In this document: piece after piece, positions 40,301 to 51,129 of the stretch | How the letters are laid out: the number at the start of each line of letters is the position of its first letter | Numbering within the stretch: position 1 is the stretch's first letter | Assembly: GCA_965178125.1 (NCBI GenBank) | Contig: OZ237752.1 | Location: forward strand, 62,001-126,000 | DNA from: Bilabrum cf. latius | Lineage: Eukaryota | Direction: 5' to 3' | DNA: 64,000 bases | The notes under the pieces: model-generated | What the model was told of the DNA's origin: nothing | What the model saw: the letters and a program-made list of their open reading frames with translations, nothing else | The model's database searches: none | Position numbers and translations under genes: made by a program

Positions 40301-43300
40301 CAGGCGCCTGCAGTCGGACAGCAGTGGCGTGCAGCTGGAGGTCGTGGACGACGACGGGTGCGCGGGCCTGTCGGCGCCGTATTGCGGGGAGGACGAGGGC
40401 AGGGGCTTTTGTCAGGCGGGGGCCTGTCGGTGCGAGCCGGGGTGGTCAGGCGAGGAGTGCGCCGAGACGGTGGAGGTCAGCGCAGATGGTGCGGACGAGG
40501 CGGAGGGCCTGGTGCGGGGAGACGGCACTCTGGACCTCGACCTGGATGCGAGCGATGATGATGGCGGCGCGGCGGACGGCGCCGGTGCCACGCCGCTGCC
40601 CGTGGCCTCTGCCTCGAGTCTCCGGGCGGAGCTGCTCGATGTGCAGGGCGCCATGGAGCGGGCGGCGGCCAGCGGTGGCCTCGCTGTGGGATACGATGTG
40701 CTGGATGCCGCGGTGGCAGGGCCCGCTGCTCTCGATGGGGACGGTGTGAACAGGAACGGAGATGGGGACGCACCGTCTTCGCCCCGGGCCGAGGTGCATT
40801 CGATCGTGCTGCAGTGGTCCCCGGACGCATCGCTGGGATTCCCCGCGGGTGCAATGCGCTATGCGGTGGCTGGTGAGGTAACGGGTCCCGTGATTGTCGG
40901 GCCGTCCACGCTTGATGATGCGGTCATCCTAGAGGACGCCAGGCCAGACAGTGACGATGTTAACGACGATGATGCTCCGTCAAGCGGTGATTCCGTCACA
41001 GACCCTGCACCTGTGCTGCTGGACGACCTCCGTGCCTCGGTTCGGAGTGCCTCGGCTTCGTTGCTCGCTGGCCTGCGCGGCAACGAGTCCCATGTCCAGG
41101 TGCCCGAGGTGTGGGCGGCCACTGCCCGCCGCATGCAGCTCGCGATCGAAGCCGCGCCCCAGCTGCAGGCGCAGCCAGTCCGGATGTCTTCGAGTGCCCA
41201 ACAGATGCCCTCTGGCGATTGGGTGCTGAGGCTAGAGCTGCGATTCGAGTGCGACTCCTGGTGCGCGTCCCAGGGCGGCGCGTCGTCCTGCGGCATGGGA
41301 GGAGTGGCGGTGGTGCTCGACACGGAGGAGTTGCCCGGGGTGGTGGCTGGGTCCAGCCACACTGCTGACTCCCTGCTAGCCATGGAGGCACCTCTCGTGC
41401 CTTACGCTGACTCGTGGCCGCCTGCCGGCTTCCTGGCTGCCCCTCGCTCCACCTGGGTCGCCGCCGCGGTGGGGTAGCAAGTCCCTGCCGCTGGCAGTGC
41501 GGCGGCGTCATGCGTGGACGACGAAGTTGCCCTGAGCGTGGCGGTGCCCAGGCCCCCTGCTTCTTAGGTCGCATCTCCTGACGTCCAGTGGCAGATCGGA
41601 GTCGCCGCGCTCCCGACGCGGGCTGCCGTCCTCGGGCCGCAGCTGCTGGCAGAGGGCCTCGGCGACCCAAATTCCGTGGTGGCTGCGGCTACCAGCGGTA
41701 CAGTCTCTGGCAGCGCGCTCAGCCCAGAGGCCCAAGACGACCTGTCGGCTTGGCTGCAGCACGATGCGTGGACGAGGGCAATCGAGGCCGGCGCATCCTC
41801 TGCCAACGCATCCAGCAGCAACAACGACCCGGCTGCTATCGCGCTTGGATGTCTCTCTGCACAGTCACACTCCAACAGCTCTGTCACAGCGTCGGCGGCC
41901 GACACGCGGATGGTGCCGGGCCCGCTGGACACCGCTGCCTTCCTTGCAGAGCTCCTGATCCCGCGCAATGTGAGCCTGTCCGCGGGATCTACGCAGGAAT
42001 TCAGCGGCGAGTCCCTGGTCCGATTCGCACCAACGGTCCTGACCCTGGATTCGACAGGCAACGATGTAGCAGCCGCACTGGCACCTCTGCTGCAGGACGC
42101 TGCCTCCGGTGGGCCTGGATCGACGCCTCTGGTGGGACGCTTCCCGCCCGCCGTGGATCCCTCTACCCCCGAGGAGGCATTGGATGCGTGGATCGATGTC
42201 GACGTGCCGCGCAGAGCCCCATTGTAGGGTGGTGAATGCCCTGCCACAATGGGCGGGACGATCACTCCTGCCGGTTTCTTCCATCGAGCTTTGGCTCTAT
42301 CTGGCGCCCTCAATGAGACTGGTGGCGCGAAGGCTGCGCTGCGCGTGCGGACCTGGACGATGCGTCTGCCGGCCGGGGTCAGGGCGCTGCAGGACAGCTG
42401 GGTGATCGTGGCGCGAGCCGTGCCAACTTCCTCTGAGTTTCATGCCGTGTTTGACCACCTCCAGGCGGGATCATCGCCGGTGAGGGCCCTGCAACAGAGT
42501 GCACAAGAGGAGGCCCGCGCGAACCGCACCCGGCAGGAGCCAGGAGACGCCCCGGATACTGCTCCGATCGTGGTCGTTGCCCCAGATGCCTCCCCATCCA
42601 GCTCCCCGCTGCCGTCTGCGGCGCCATGGAAGGACTCCATCGGTGGGCCCACGATGTGGCAGGGGCCTTGGCAGGTGCGCTTCACGGCCATGCTCGTCGT
42701 GCACCGGGATGGGCCGCTGGGAGCAGGCAGCCTCAGCGCCTCAACGCTGACGGCGGTCCGACTGCAGACTGCCGTGGGCGCCCTGCTCGGCCTTCCGCCG
42801 CGGCGGGTATCCCTTGAACTATCACCGGGCCTGCCAGCCGCGGTGCCTCGCGGGCAGGTGAATGCCAGCGCTCTGGACTCGACTCTCGTGGACGTCACGC
42901 TGCGCGCTGTCGTGACCATGGTACCTGCGGAGCTGCTGGCAGGGCAGCGGACCGGTGCTGCCCTGCTGCCAGGCGGCGGTCTGCCGCAGCAGCAACAGAC
43001 ACAGCCGAGCGGCGGGCTAAAGGAGGGCGAAGAACTGCTGCTTGCGGCAGTCCGGAGGATGGTAGAGGCCACGTTCCGGCCCTACGCCGCTAGGAATGGA
43101 TCCAGCGGCGGGGCCACATCCAATGCCTCCCTCATCGCCTCCAGCGCGTTGGATCGCCTGGCACTTGAAGAGCGAGCCCTCAGGGTCGGCTCGGACGACC
43201 CTACTATGCAGGACCTGCACCTCGCTGCGCTGGAGGCGGAGGCAGCCGCGGAGGAGGAAAGCTCGGGATCGACGCAGGCTCGCAGGGGGCGACGGCTCGG

Positions 43301-44129
43301 TTCTGATGAATCTGGGATCCGGAACGCGCGAATCTTGGAGCGGTTATCGCTTGCGCGAGAGGCTGGTAGTGTTGTACTGCAGCGGTCCGGTGCAGCTGGC
43401 GGTTCTGATGCTCGTAGAAGAGCGCAGGCTGCAAGCACGGTGATCGTGGCGGGCGATTCCCCCCTGGCCCTCGCTGCTCGCTCCATGGGGGCCCCAGTGC
43501 TGGGCACCACTGCCTTCCTGAGTGAGGATGGTGTGCCCGTGGGAGGGCTGGAGGTGTAGTGCCCGTTCGAGGCGCAGGGAGAGCAGTGGGACAGCGCGGC
43601 CTGGAGGTGCGTTGGGGCCCCGTCGACGTCACCGTCTCCCTCCCCTTCCAGGGTGCCCGAGCAGAGCCTGGACGCCTGCGAGCCTGGGACTGACGGGTGC
43701 TTCGTGGGTCGGGGCTCTGACGGTGGCGGCATGTTAGGTGCCGGCGCGTGGGCCGGAATTGGGGTCGGAGTCGCTCTAGTGTGTGCCGCGCTTGTGATTG
43801 CTGCGCTGTACATGAGTGGACGGTGCGGGAGGGCAAAGCCCGTTGGGCAGGCGTCCGCTGGTTTCACTGGGAAAGCGGCGGCAGGTACCGGTCCTGTTCT
43901 CATGGCCTCAAAATCGTCAGGCAAGGTCCCGATGGCGTCGCGTATGCCTGATCAGCTCGGTACTTCTAAGGCTGAGCTTCAGACCCAGCGGTCCTCCCGA
44001 CTGTCCAACCCGTTGTACGAGGCAGCAAGGCGAGATGCCAAAGGCCGCTCACCGTCGTTCTCGCGGCATTCGTTCGGGACGAAATCCCCTCGGAAGGGCC
44101 CCGGTAAGGCAGGGTCAGACCTCGGGTGA
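19383..44129 (+). CDS. Giant fibrocystin-L/PKHD1L1-like type I membrane protein, ~8200 aa; exon 1 19383-19494, exon 2 19633-44129
   Basis: Signal peptide, then a phase-1 GT-AG intron. One frame with 19 TAGs (19695,21441,23376,23973,25101,28629,29079,29712,30051,30456,30987,31848,34206,34704,38484,41475,41565,42225,43557) and first TGA at 44127. IPT/TIG repeats, PA14-like segment (~22750-23100), G8 (DRWSARTTWGG ~31140), beta-helix region (AEVALLTRNVVVRG), LamG-like (~35050-35540), second G8 (YWSDPDLW ~36190), HCDG...DEDGSLTG, EGF (~40360-40470), TM (~43735-43815). Confidence 0.88.
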
Positions 44130-44402
44130 CAATCCCGGATCCCATTCCTGATCTTGGAATTCTGAAACCATACATCCGGGATTGAGCAGTGAAAGATAGA
44201 TACTGATAAATGAATAAAACATAATCCGATCGAAGGCAAACACGCACCTACAATCCACCCATGGCCGGATTAAGTGTCGCTACTCGGGCCCCTCCCCCGG
44301 TACCATTCCGAACAAGGCCTACGCAAGGCTGAGAAGCTCGGATCCGGCAGCAAAGAAACGTTCCCATCGATGCGGGACTTCATGACCGGGAGCACAAACG
44401 GA

Positions 44403-47400
44403 TCATTTTCCACCGGTGCGTGCAATGTTTCGATCTTGGTTATTGCCGCAGCAGACCGCACTTGCCAGGCGGCTGGCGGTTGTCACCGCCGCTGAAACCT
44501 TGCCGGTACAGTAGTCGCACATCCCCCCCCGGCGGTACGCAGCGATGCAGGCCCTCGCTTCGGACTCTTCGTCAGCCAGCATGACCCATGCCTATAGGCC
44601 CATCTCGACGGCCTTGATCGACAGACTGAAGACGAAATACAACAGTGCTTGGCCCTCAAACGAAGGCCCATCGCTGGTGCTGCCAGCTTGGGCAGTCCCA
44701 GTCAGCAGCATTATGTCCAGCACCAGCATGGGCAGGTTTAGGATGAAGAAGGCGCCCCACTTGGTCCTCGTCAGCAACTACTTGTGGCTAGGTCGGTACT
44801 TGGCACTAAACTGCAAGGGAAACTGGAGCAGCATCAGCAGCAGTCCGAGGCAAGACAGCACGCCGTAAAGCACGCCCACTACGGTAGTCGGGTCCAGCAG
44901 AGCCATGGTCGAGAAATCAGACACGGCGTCGTACTCGCGAAGAAAGGCAGCGAGCCACGCTACCACCGGCACCACCCGGCCGCACATGGCGGCACAGCTG
45001 CCGCAGCAACCCTCCGGCGTGTCGTCATCTCCGTTGTCCTCGCCGTCGTCCGAATCACCTACTGATACTTCAGCCACTGCGCTGCCCTGCCTCGCAGGTG
45101 CCATGGTCCCTAGCAACCCGCCTGCTCCATTTTCAGAGGTGTCGTCCGCGCACGTCAAGCCGTCATAAGCGGTCGAGTTCTTGCCCTTAGCCGGCGGTGT
45201 GGGTGGCACGTCAGCAGGTCTGTCGGTTTCCAGGGGCGTCGGCCTGCTGCGTCTAGCGCTTGGGGACGGACTCGCCCCAGCTTGCCGCGAGTTTGACGCA
45301 ACAGATCCCCATGCAACCGTTGGGTTGTTGCCATATGGTCCCGCCAGCTCGGACGCTTGCCCGCTTCCAGGCTCAGGAGGATGCAAGACTCTGTCGGCAT
45401 TTCGCGTGTTCGTCGAGCTGTCCCAGCTTGGGCCCGCAGGCAATGCCTCTGCGTTTAAACTCCTCGATCTTTCCCCCGGAGAGTCTTCGGCAGCCCTCCC
45501 ATCACCCCTCCCATCCCGAGTCTGTTCAAGAGTCCGAGCATCACCGTGGTCGCTCGTCGCAGTGAGGTCACGTGGACCGCTGCTGGCGTGGGTCGGACTA
45601 GTGCTTGTGTTGCGCGATGACTGGAACGGAACTGCTGGTTTGGGCCTCGGCTACGAATCCCAGTGGCTTCGGAGAGCCCCCGGAAGGTCGGCCTTTGCTT
45701 TAGAACTCGCGAAAGGGACTACAGCAGACGCGGACTGCGTATGCTTGGAACCCCCACCACCGCCGTGGGAGGGCCGAGAGGTCGCGGCTCGTGCAGCCCC
45801 ACCCGCCGCCATTCGGCCCCTCGTCCACTTGCTCTTGATCGGGACATCAGATGGGGCCACCTGAGCAGCGGTGACTGCTGACTACCGACTGACTGCGCGC
45901 CCCTGGTGCGCCCCTTGGCCAGCTGCATCGCTTCCGGCGGAGCTCCCAGCCGCTGCTTTCTGAGCCGGCTCCTTGGTACCGGCAGAAGACCCGACTTTGC
46001 TGCTGTTCGTAAACTAGCTGCTAGCGCTGGCATCTCGCTCCTTAGAAGCTGCCACAACGGCAGCGAGAACAGCCGCACGCCGCACCACGCACCCCTCCGA
46101 AGCCCTCCTCTTTCGCTTGGTCGCCGACATGAGCCGCCTCTCTAGTCGAGCCAGCTGAGCCATGCGACCCGTCAGATTGCCCACGTCCATCACAGAACCG
46201 CCGTACGAAGACCGTCTTTGCATCTGGCGGCGGGCACCTGCCATAATTACCGCTGACTGCACCCGTGACAAGCGCTGGCTGCCTGCCACACTGCCTCGAT
46301 CACTTCCTAAACCCCCCACGCTGGCGTTGCTGTGCCCGTGCAGCGATTGCGCCGATCCATTTTTCTTATGCCGTGGCACTCTTGATCGAGACGGAGATAC
46401 GATTTCGGCGCTGGACTTTCGCAAGAACCTCAGCGCACTGCGTGGGGATGGTGGCCCCGAGGAGGTGCCGCCTGCCGAGCTGGCCGAATTGGCCGCCAGG
46501 AGATTCTGCATCTGTAGCGGGGCAGCTGGGGAAATCTGATGCTCCGAGTCTGCAACGCGCTAGCCATAGTCCGTGCCGTCACCAGAGCCTGTTTGGCTGC
46601 CAGTGAGCGGATCAGAGCCTTGTTGATGGCTGCGACTAGTCCGAGACTTGAGTCGAACTGGACTCTCCAGCGTGGGTTGGGCTCCCCTGGCACCCTGCGT
46701 CGACGCTGAGGATGCAGCCATGCCAGAAGCCGACTGGCTCGCACCCAGCACGATCTATGCCCCAAGCATTCCCGCACTGCTGCCATAGAACGAGGCCATG
46801 GAGGACGCAGCCGCCGCCACGTCCACGGCCTGCAGCATGAAGCTGCCCCTCAGCTGCTGGTGGATCCAAGCCTCGTGCACGGCGCGGTTGACCGAGTGCT
46901 GCTGGGACAGGGGCCTGGCCCGCTGCAGCAGCGCCAGACCTAGGCCGCACTGGCAGCCCAGGCAAGCTGGCTTGGTCGGCTTGGTCGAAACGATGCTCGG
47001 AGGGGTGGAGCCGGCCGAGTTGGGAGCACTTTTGCCGGCTGCTGCTTCATGCAGAGCAGGGGTGCTCGTCTTGACATGCATTGCACTGCTGGCTGACGCA
47101 TCGTTCACTTCCCCACTGGGGTGGTCGGTGCCTTCCCCCCCCGGGTTGATGATGGAGGAGGCTGCTCCTGCTGCCACGTCACTGCTGCTGCTGCAACCCT
47201 GCGCGCGCCCCGGCCTGCGAGCAGTGGACGGGGCGGCCCCCAGGCTCCTGCTGCTGCTACTGCTACTGCTGATTCTACTGCTGATTCTACTGCTGATTCT
47301 TCGTTTCTTCTGAGGGGCATCTTCCAGCTGCTGCCGGCGACCTGCTGCCTTCGCTCTGATGCCCCCTACATGTGCATGTGCATGTCCATGTCCATGTCCA

Positions 47401-48620
47401 TGCCTATCTTCTTCATCTACATCCTCCTCGCTGTAGTCTCCCTCCTCTACCGAGAGCACCTCCAGCTCCTCCCCAAAGTCGAGGTCCAGATCCCCCTCCT
47501 CCTCTTTCCCACCCCCCGCCTTCCTCTTTCCCCCCCGCCTGAGTCCCCGCCACAGGGGGGCCAGCACGTCTACAGCCGGCATGGCCGCCGCTCGCCTCCC
47601 GCTCTCCACGTAGAACTGCATCGCGGGCCGGAAGCCCCCTCCTGACACGAGGCTGTTGGCATCCGCCTCGATGGCTGCCAAAGCGGACTCGTCTAGACCC
47701 TCGGGCAGCGGATGACTTCCACTCGCGGGCGCAGTTGCTTCAGCCGGACTTGAGGCCTCTGGTGTGTCTGTGCTGTCCAGTGGCCGACTGGGTGTGTTGC
47801 CGGTGGGCTGTTGTGCCTCGTGGCTGTGCTTCAGTGTATGAGTTTTCTATTCAAGAGCCTCAGCGTTTGTGTGATTCTGCTCCTCAACGTTCCTCTGCTG
47901 CCCAGTGTTCGCCTCATGAAGAGACGTTCGAAAGGCAACCTCTTCTTCCACGTCCAAGGGCCGATATGATCCCACCAGAGTGAACAAAATTAACACGTAC
48001 GATATAAATATTATAGTGAACAGGGTGAAGCCAGCTGCAGGTAGGCTCAAGCCGTGCAGAACCTCAACACCGAGAGCTTGCACAGAAGCCACCACAGAAA
48101 ACCTGCATTGGCTCACAAATGACCCGTTCAAGCACACCGTATCGGAGTACGATACTACTATAGATAGTACAGTCCAAATGATACACGCTCCAACGATCCA
48201 TGGCAAGTATGGTAGCCAAGTCGGTTGGACCTCGCAAGCTTGCAAAAATCCCGAGCTAGCCAGTGGGGGCGGTGGTTGATATTCTGGCAGAAAAGTCGCG
48301 TTACTGCCTGGTTGACTTTCTGCGCTTGCACTACCCGACCTGCTGATCTACCTGTCCTCGAATGGCCAAGCTGCACAATTGGCAAGCACAGTTGCACCAA
48401 CTCCAGCGACGATCCCAAGCTTACACCCATAGTATACGAGGGCCCCTGGGCCGATCCATATAATTCTAGCCGTGAAATCCCCACCGGCTGCTTCAATAGC
48501 GGTTTCTGCTCGCAAATGAGCTATCCGAGCAATATCAAGTCGCGTCGATTCGGCACTGGCAACCCGGCTGACAAGCCGCCGGTTGCCGAGTGGTTCATCG
48601 CAAACATCCTCTGTCGCCAT
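44403..48620 (-). CDS. Uncharacterised multi-pass membrane protein (~1405 aa) with N- and C-terminal TM clusters separated by a long low-complexity loop
   Basis: ATG 48620; one frame broken only by 9 TAGs (48348,47847,46755,46560,46014,45882,45651,44778,44592); TGA at 44403-44405. Hydrophobic helices near 48400, 48150, 48000 and 44600-44990. Confidence 0.7.
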
Positions 48621-49018
48621 AGGCAGGCACTATCCCCTGCGGTCAGACGATGGGGAATCTTAAGGGCTCTGCCCGTAATTGTGGACTTGAAGCCATACGT
48701 AGCCTTGGTTGTTGTTGGTCGCATTTTTGAATGCTACGAGCTTTGCCAATCACGAGAGGGATTTGATATATAATTTGCACTATTGTCAACATCAGTAAAT
48801 TTTCAGTCATTTCTGCAAGTCGTTTCTCTGTCTCGAAGTGTCTGTACGCTGGGAAGTGGCGAGCAGTCCAGAAAGCTGCTGGTCGCAATTAGAACCACTA
48901 TTGGAGAGTGGCAGCAATTTTGGCCTTAAACCGACATGTGAAAACCAGTTTGTCAAAGCCCGTTGGCATTGACACCAGCACCAAACTCTCTGAGTCGCGT
49001 ACATGATGCAATACGGAA

Positions 49019-50761
49019 TCACTGCAGCCCAGCAGAGATGGCCATGCACACCCCCGGCATGGTCACCGCGCAGCCTCCCGACGAGCAGCTCACGCTCGCC
49101 CTGCGCGGGGACAGCGGCCCGCTCGTCCACGGCACGGGCGCATCCTTGCTCGGCAGCGGGGCCCATCCGCCCTCGTCCTCGGCCGAGTACAGCCAGGCGT
49201 CCGCCTGGGCGGGGTCGAAGGCAGGCAGCACGGCGGTCAGCGTCTCGGCGCACCGGTTGATGATCGCGAATCGGGGGGAGGTCCTTGCCCCCGGGTCCGA
49301 GGCGAAGAGAGAGGCCTGCAGGCAGGGCAGCCCCGTCTGGTCCTTGATCGCGAAGCCGATCGTGGGGTGCTCGCTGCCGGACTGCTCCAGCGGGATGAAG
49401 TACGAGGCCGGGGGCGGCGGGGATGTTGCCTAAGTCGGTGGCGATGTCGATGACTGGTGTGATGACCCGCCTGCTGCCATTTGCCCGTTCGGCTTGGTCG
49501 CAAACGAAGACCAGGGGGCCGGTCTAGCCGCCCGCGTGAGGTGGGCAAACACCTGGCCCACGCCGCTCACCTCGGGGCGGGCGTCGGGGCCCAGGGAGGC
49601 GTTGAAGCGAAGCACGCCAGAGTTGTGGTCCCAGTTCACGGCCGTGTCTTCGGCCAGCGCGTGCATGTGCATGGAGACGTACCGGCTCCACTTGACCGAA
49701 GACGAGGAAGAAGAAGCTGCAGCAGCAGAGGGCTCCCCGGTGGCACTGCGCGCTGCCTCCCTGCGGCGGGCAGGCGTGGGCGTGTCCGTGACGTGCCTGG
49801 CTGCCTCCAGTATCCTGTCCGCCTAAAAGATGCCGTGGATGGCTCCATATGGGAATAGCAGGGGACCTGATTTGCCTCCTGTTGACCCGGCGTAGTTGAA
49901 CTCGGTCTGGGCCACGAGCGTGTCCTTGCCGAAGCATGCGTCCACGCCTTGCATGGCCAGTTGCACGCTGGCACTGGACCACGCGGCCACCACCGTGTTC
50001 CACTGGGAAGGTGGAAACTGGGTGCTGACAGTGTGGTTGCCAATCGTGTAGTCGTGCAGAGTGACGCCGTCGTAGGATTCTTTAAAGGCGCTGAGTTGGC
50101 TGTTCCAGCTGCCACCGCACGAACTATTGCGGATCGGCGCCTGGTACGCGACTGCCATCACCAGGGCGGCGGGAAACAGCTTGCGGGCCCCGGCTGCAAT
50201 CGGCTTGGCGGCTTCCATGTACGTGGACGAGTTCGGAAAACGCCATGTATCGTGCTGGGAATAGAACTCATTGCCCAGCTCGAATATTTCCACATCGGAC
50301 GGCGAGCTGACCTGCTCTGCCAGCGACTGCATGTCTGCCAAAGTCTAGGTCCGATTGAACGTGAGCATGTTTACGTCGAACACAGGCGTGCTTGTCGTTA
50401 CTCGACCCAGCGCGCTGCTCTGCATGACAGCATGCGGAGTGAACGTCCCCTGTGGAAATGAAGAGACGTTCTACGCGTACTGGCAGCAACTGAAATTGCA
50501 ATTTGGAACGTAGTTTCCCTGGCTCATCGACCAGTAGTTGGCGACCGTGCCACCAGGGTAGCGAACTGACCCGACCCCAAGAGCCTCAACCCCTTCTATG
50601 AGCGCAGAGTTATTGTACGGGATTTGAATGATGGGGCCCAGGACCGTGTTATAGCTGAACAGCCGAGCATCAGCCGGAACAGCGAAGCTCTTGGGCCGTA
50701 GCACTACTTCTGCGGTACTCAGTGCGACCACTGCATGATAAACCAAGAGAATTTGAATCAT
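49019..50761 (-). CDS. Secreted glycoside hydrolase, clan GH-A (GH51/GH44/GH79-like), ~580 aa
   Basis: Signal peptide; RYPGGTVANYW, FELGNEFY (acid/base) and AQTEFN (nucleophile) motifs. Four in-frame TAGs (50471,50345,49823,49430); ends TGA. Confidence 0.8.
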
Positions 50762-51129
50762 ACCAATCTACACCTGCGATGTATTCTTGATGTGCCCAGG
50801 GTAGGGTCCTATTCTCCTAGTTTTAAGTTGTGAGAGGCGAAGAGAGCGAGAAGCAATACATGGTCGCGGCGTCCTGGTCACGACGTGGTACATCGTGCCC
50901 GTGTCTCGGGGCGTGGGTGGACAGGACTCGGAGCTACAAATCCGGGCCATGCTTCGGGACCAATGCCGCTGGAAAAGCCGCAGTGGGCACAGTAGTGGAC
51001 CAGGCACATGGGGATTCCAAGAAGGCGGCTTGAGTTGTACTCACACAAGACAGGACAACAAAATTCAGTACCAGATGGAACCGCGCAAGATGCTCGTTCT
51101 AAATTTGACTGAAGGAACACAGCGTCCCT

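Noticed and set aside
19698-44129. A bacterial-style operon of ~20 adjacent ORFs, or tiny in-frame introns removing each TAG
   Set aside because: All fragments share one frame, domains run across the TAGs, and there is one signal peptide and one TM. The TAG sites show no consistent donor like the GTGAG/GTAAG of the real introns.
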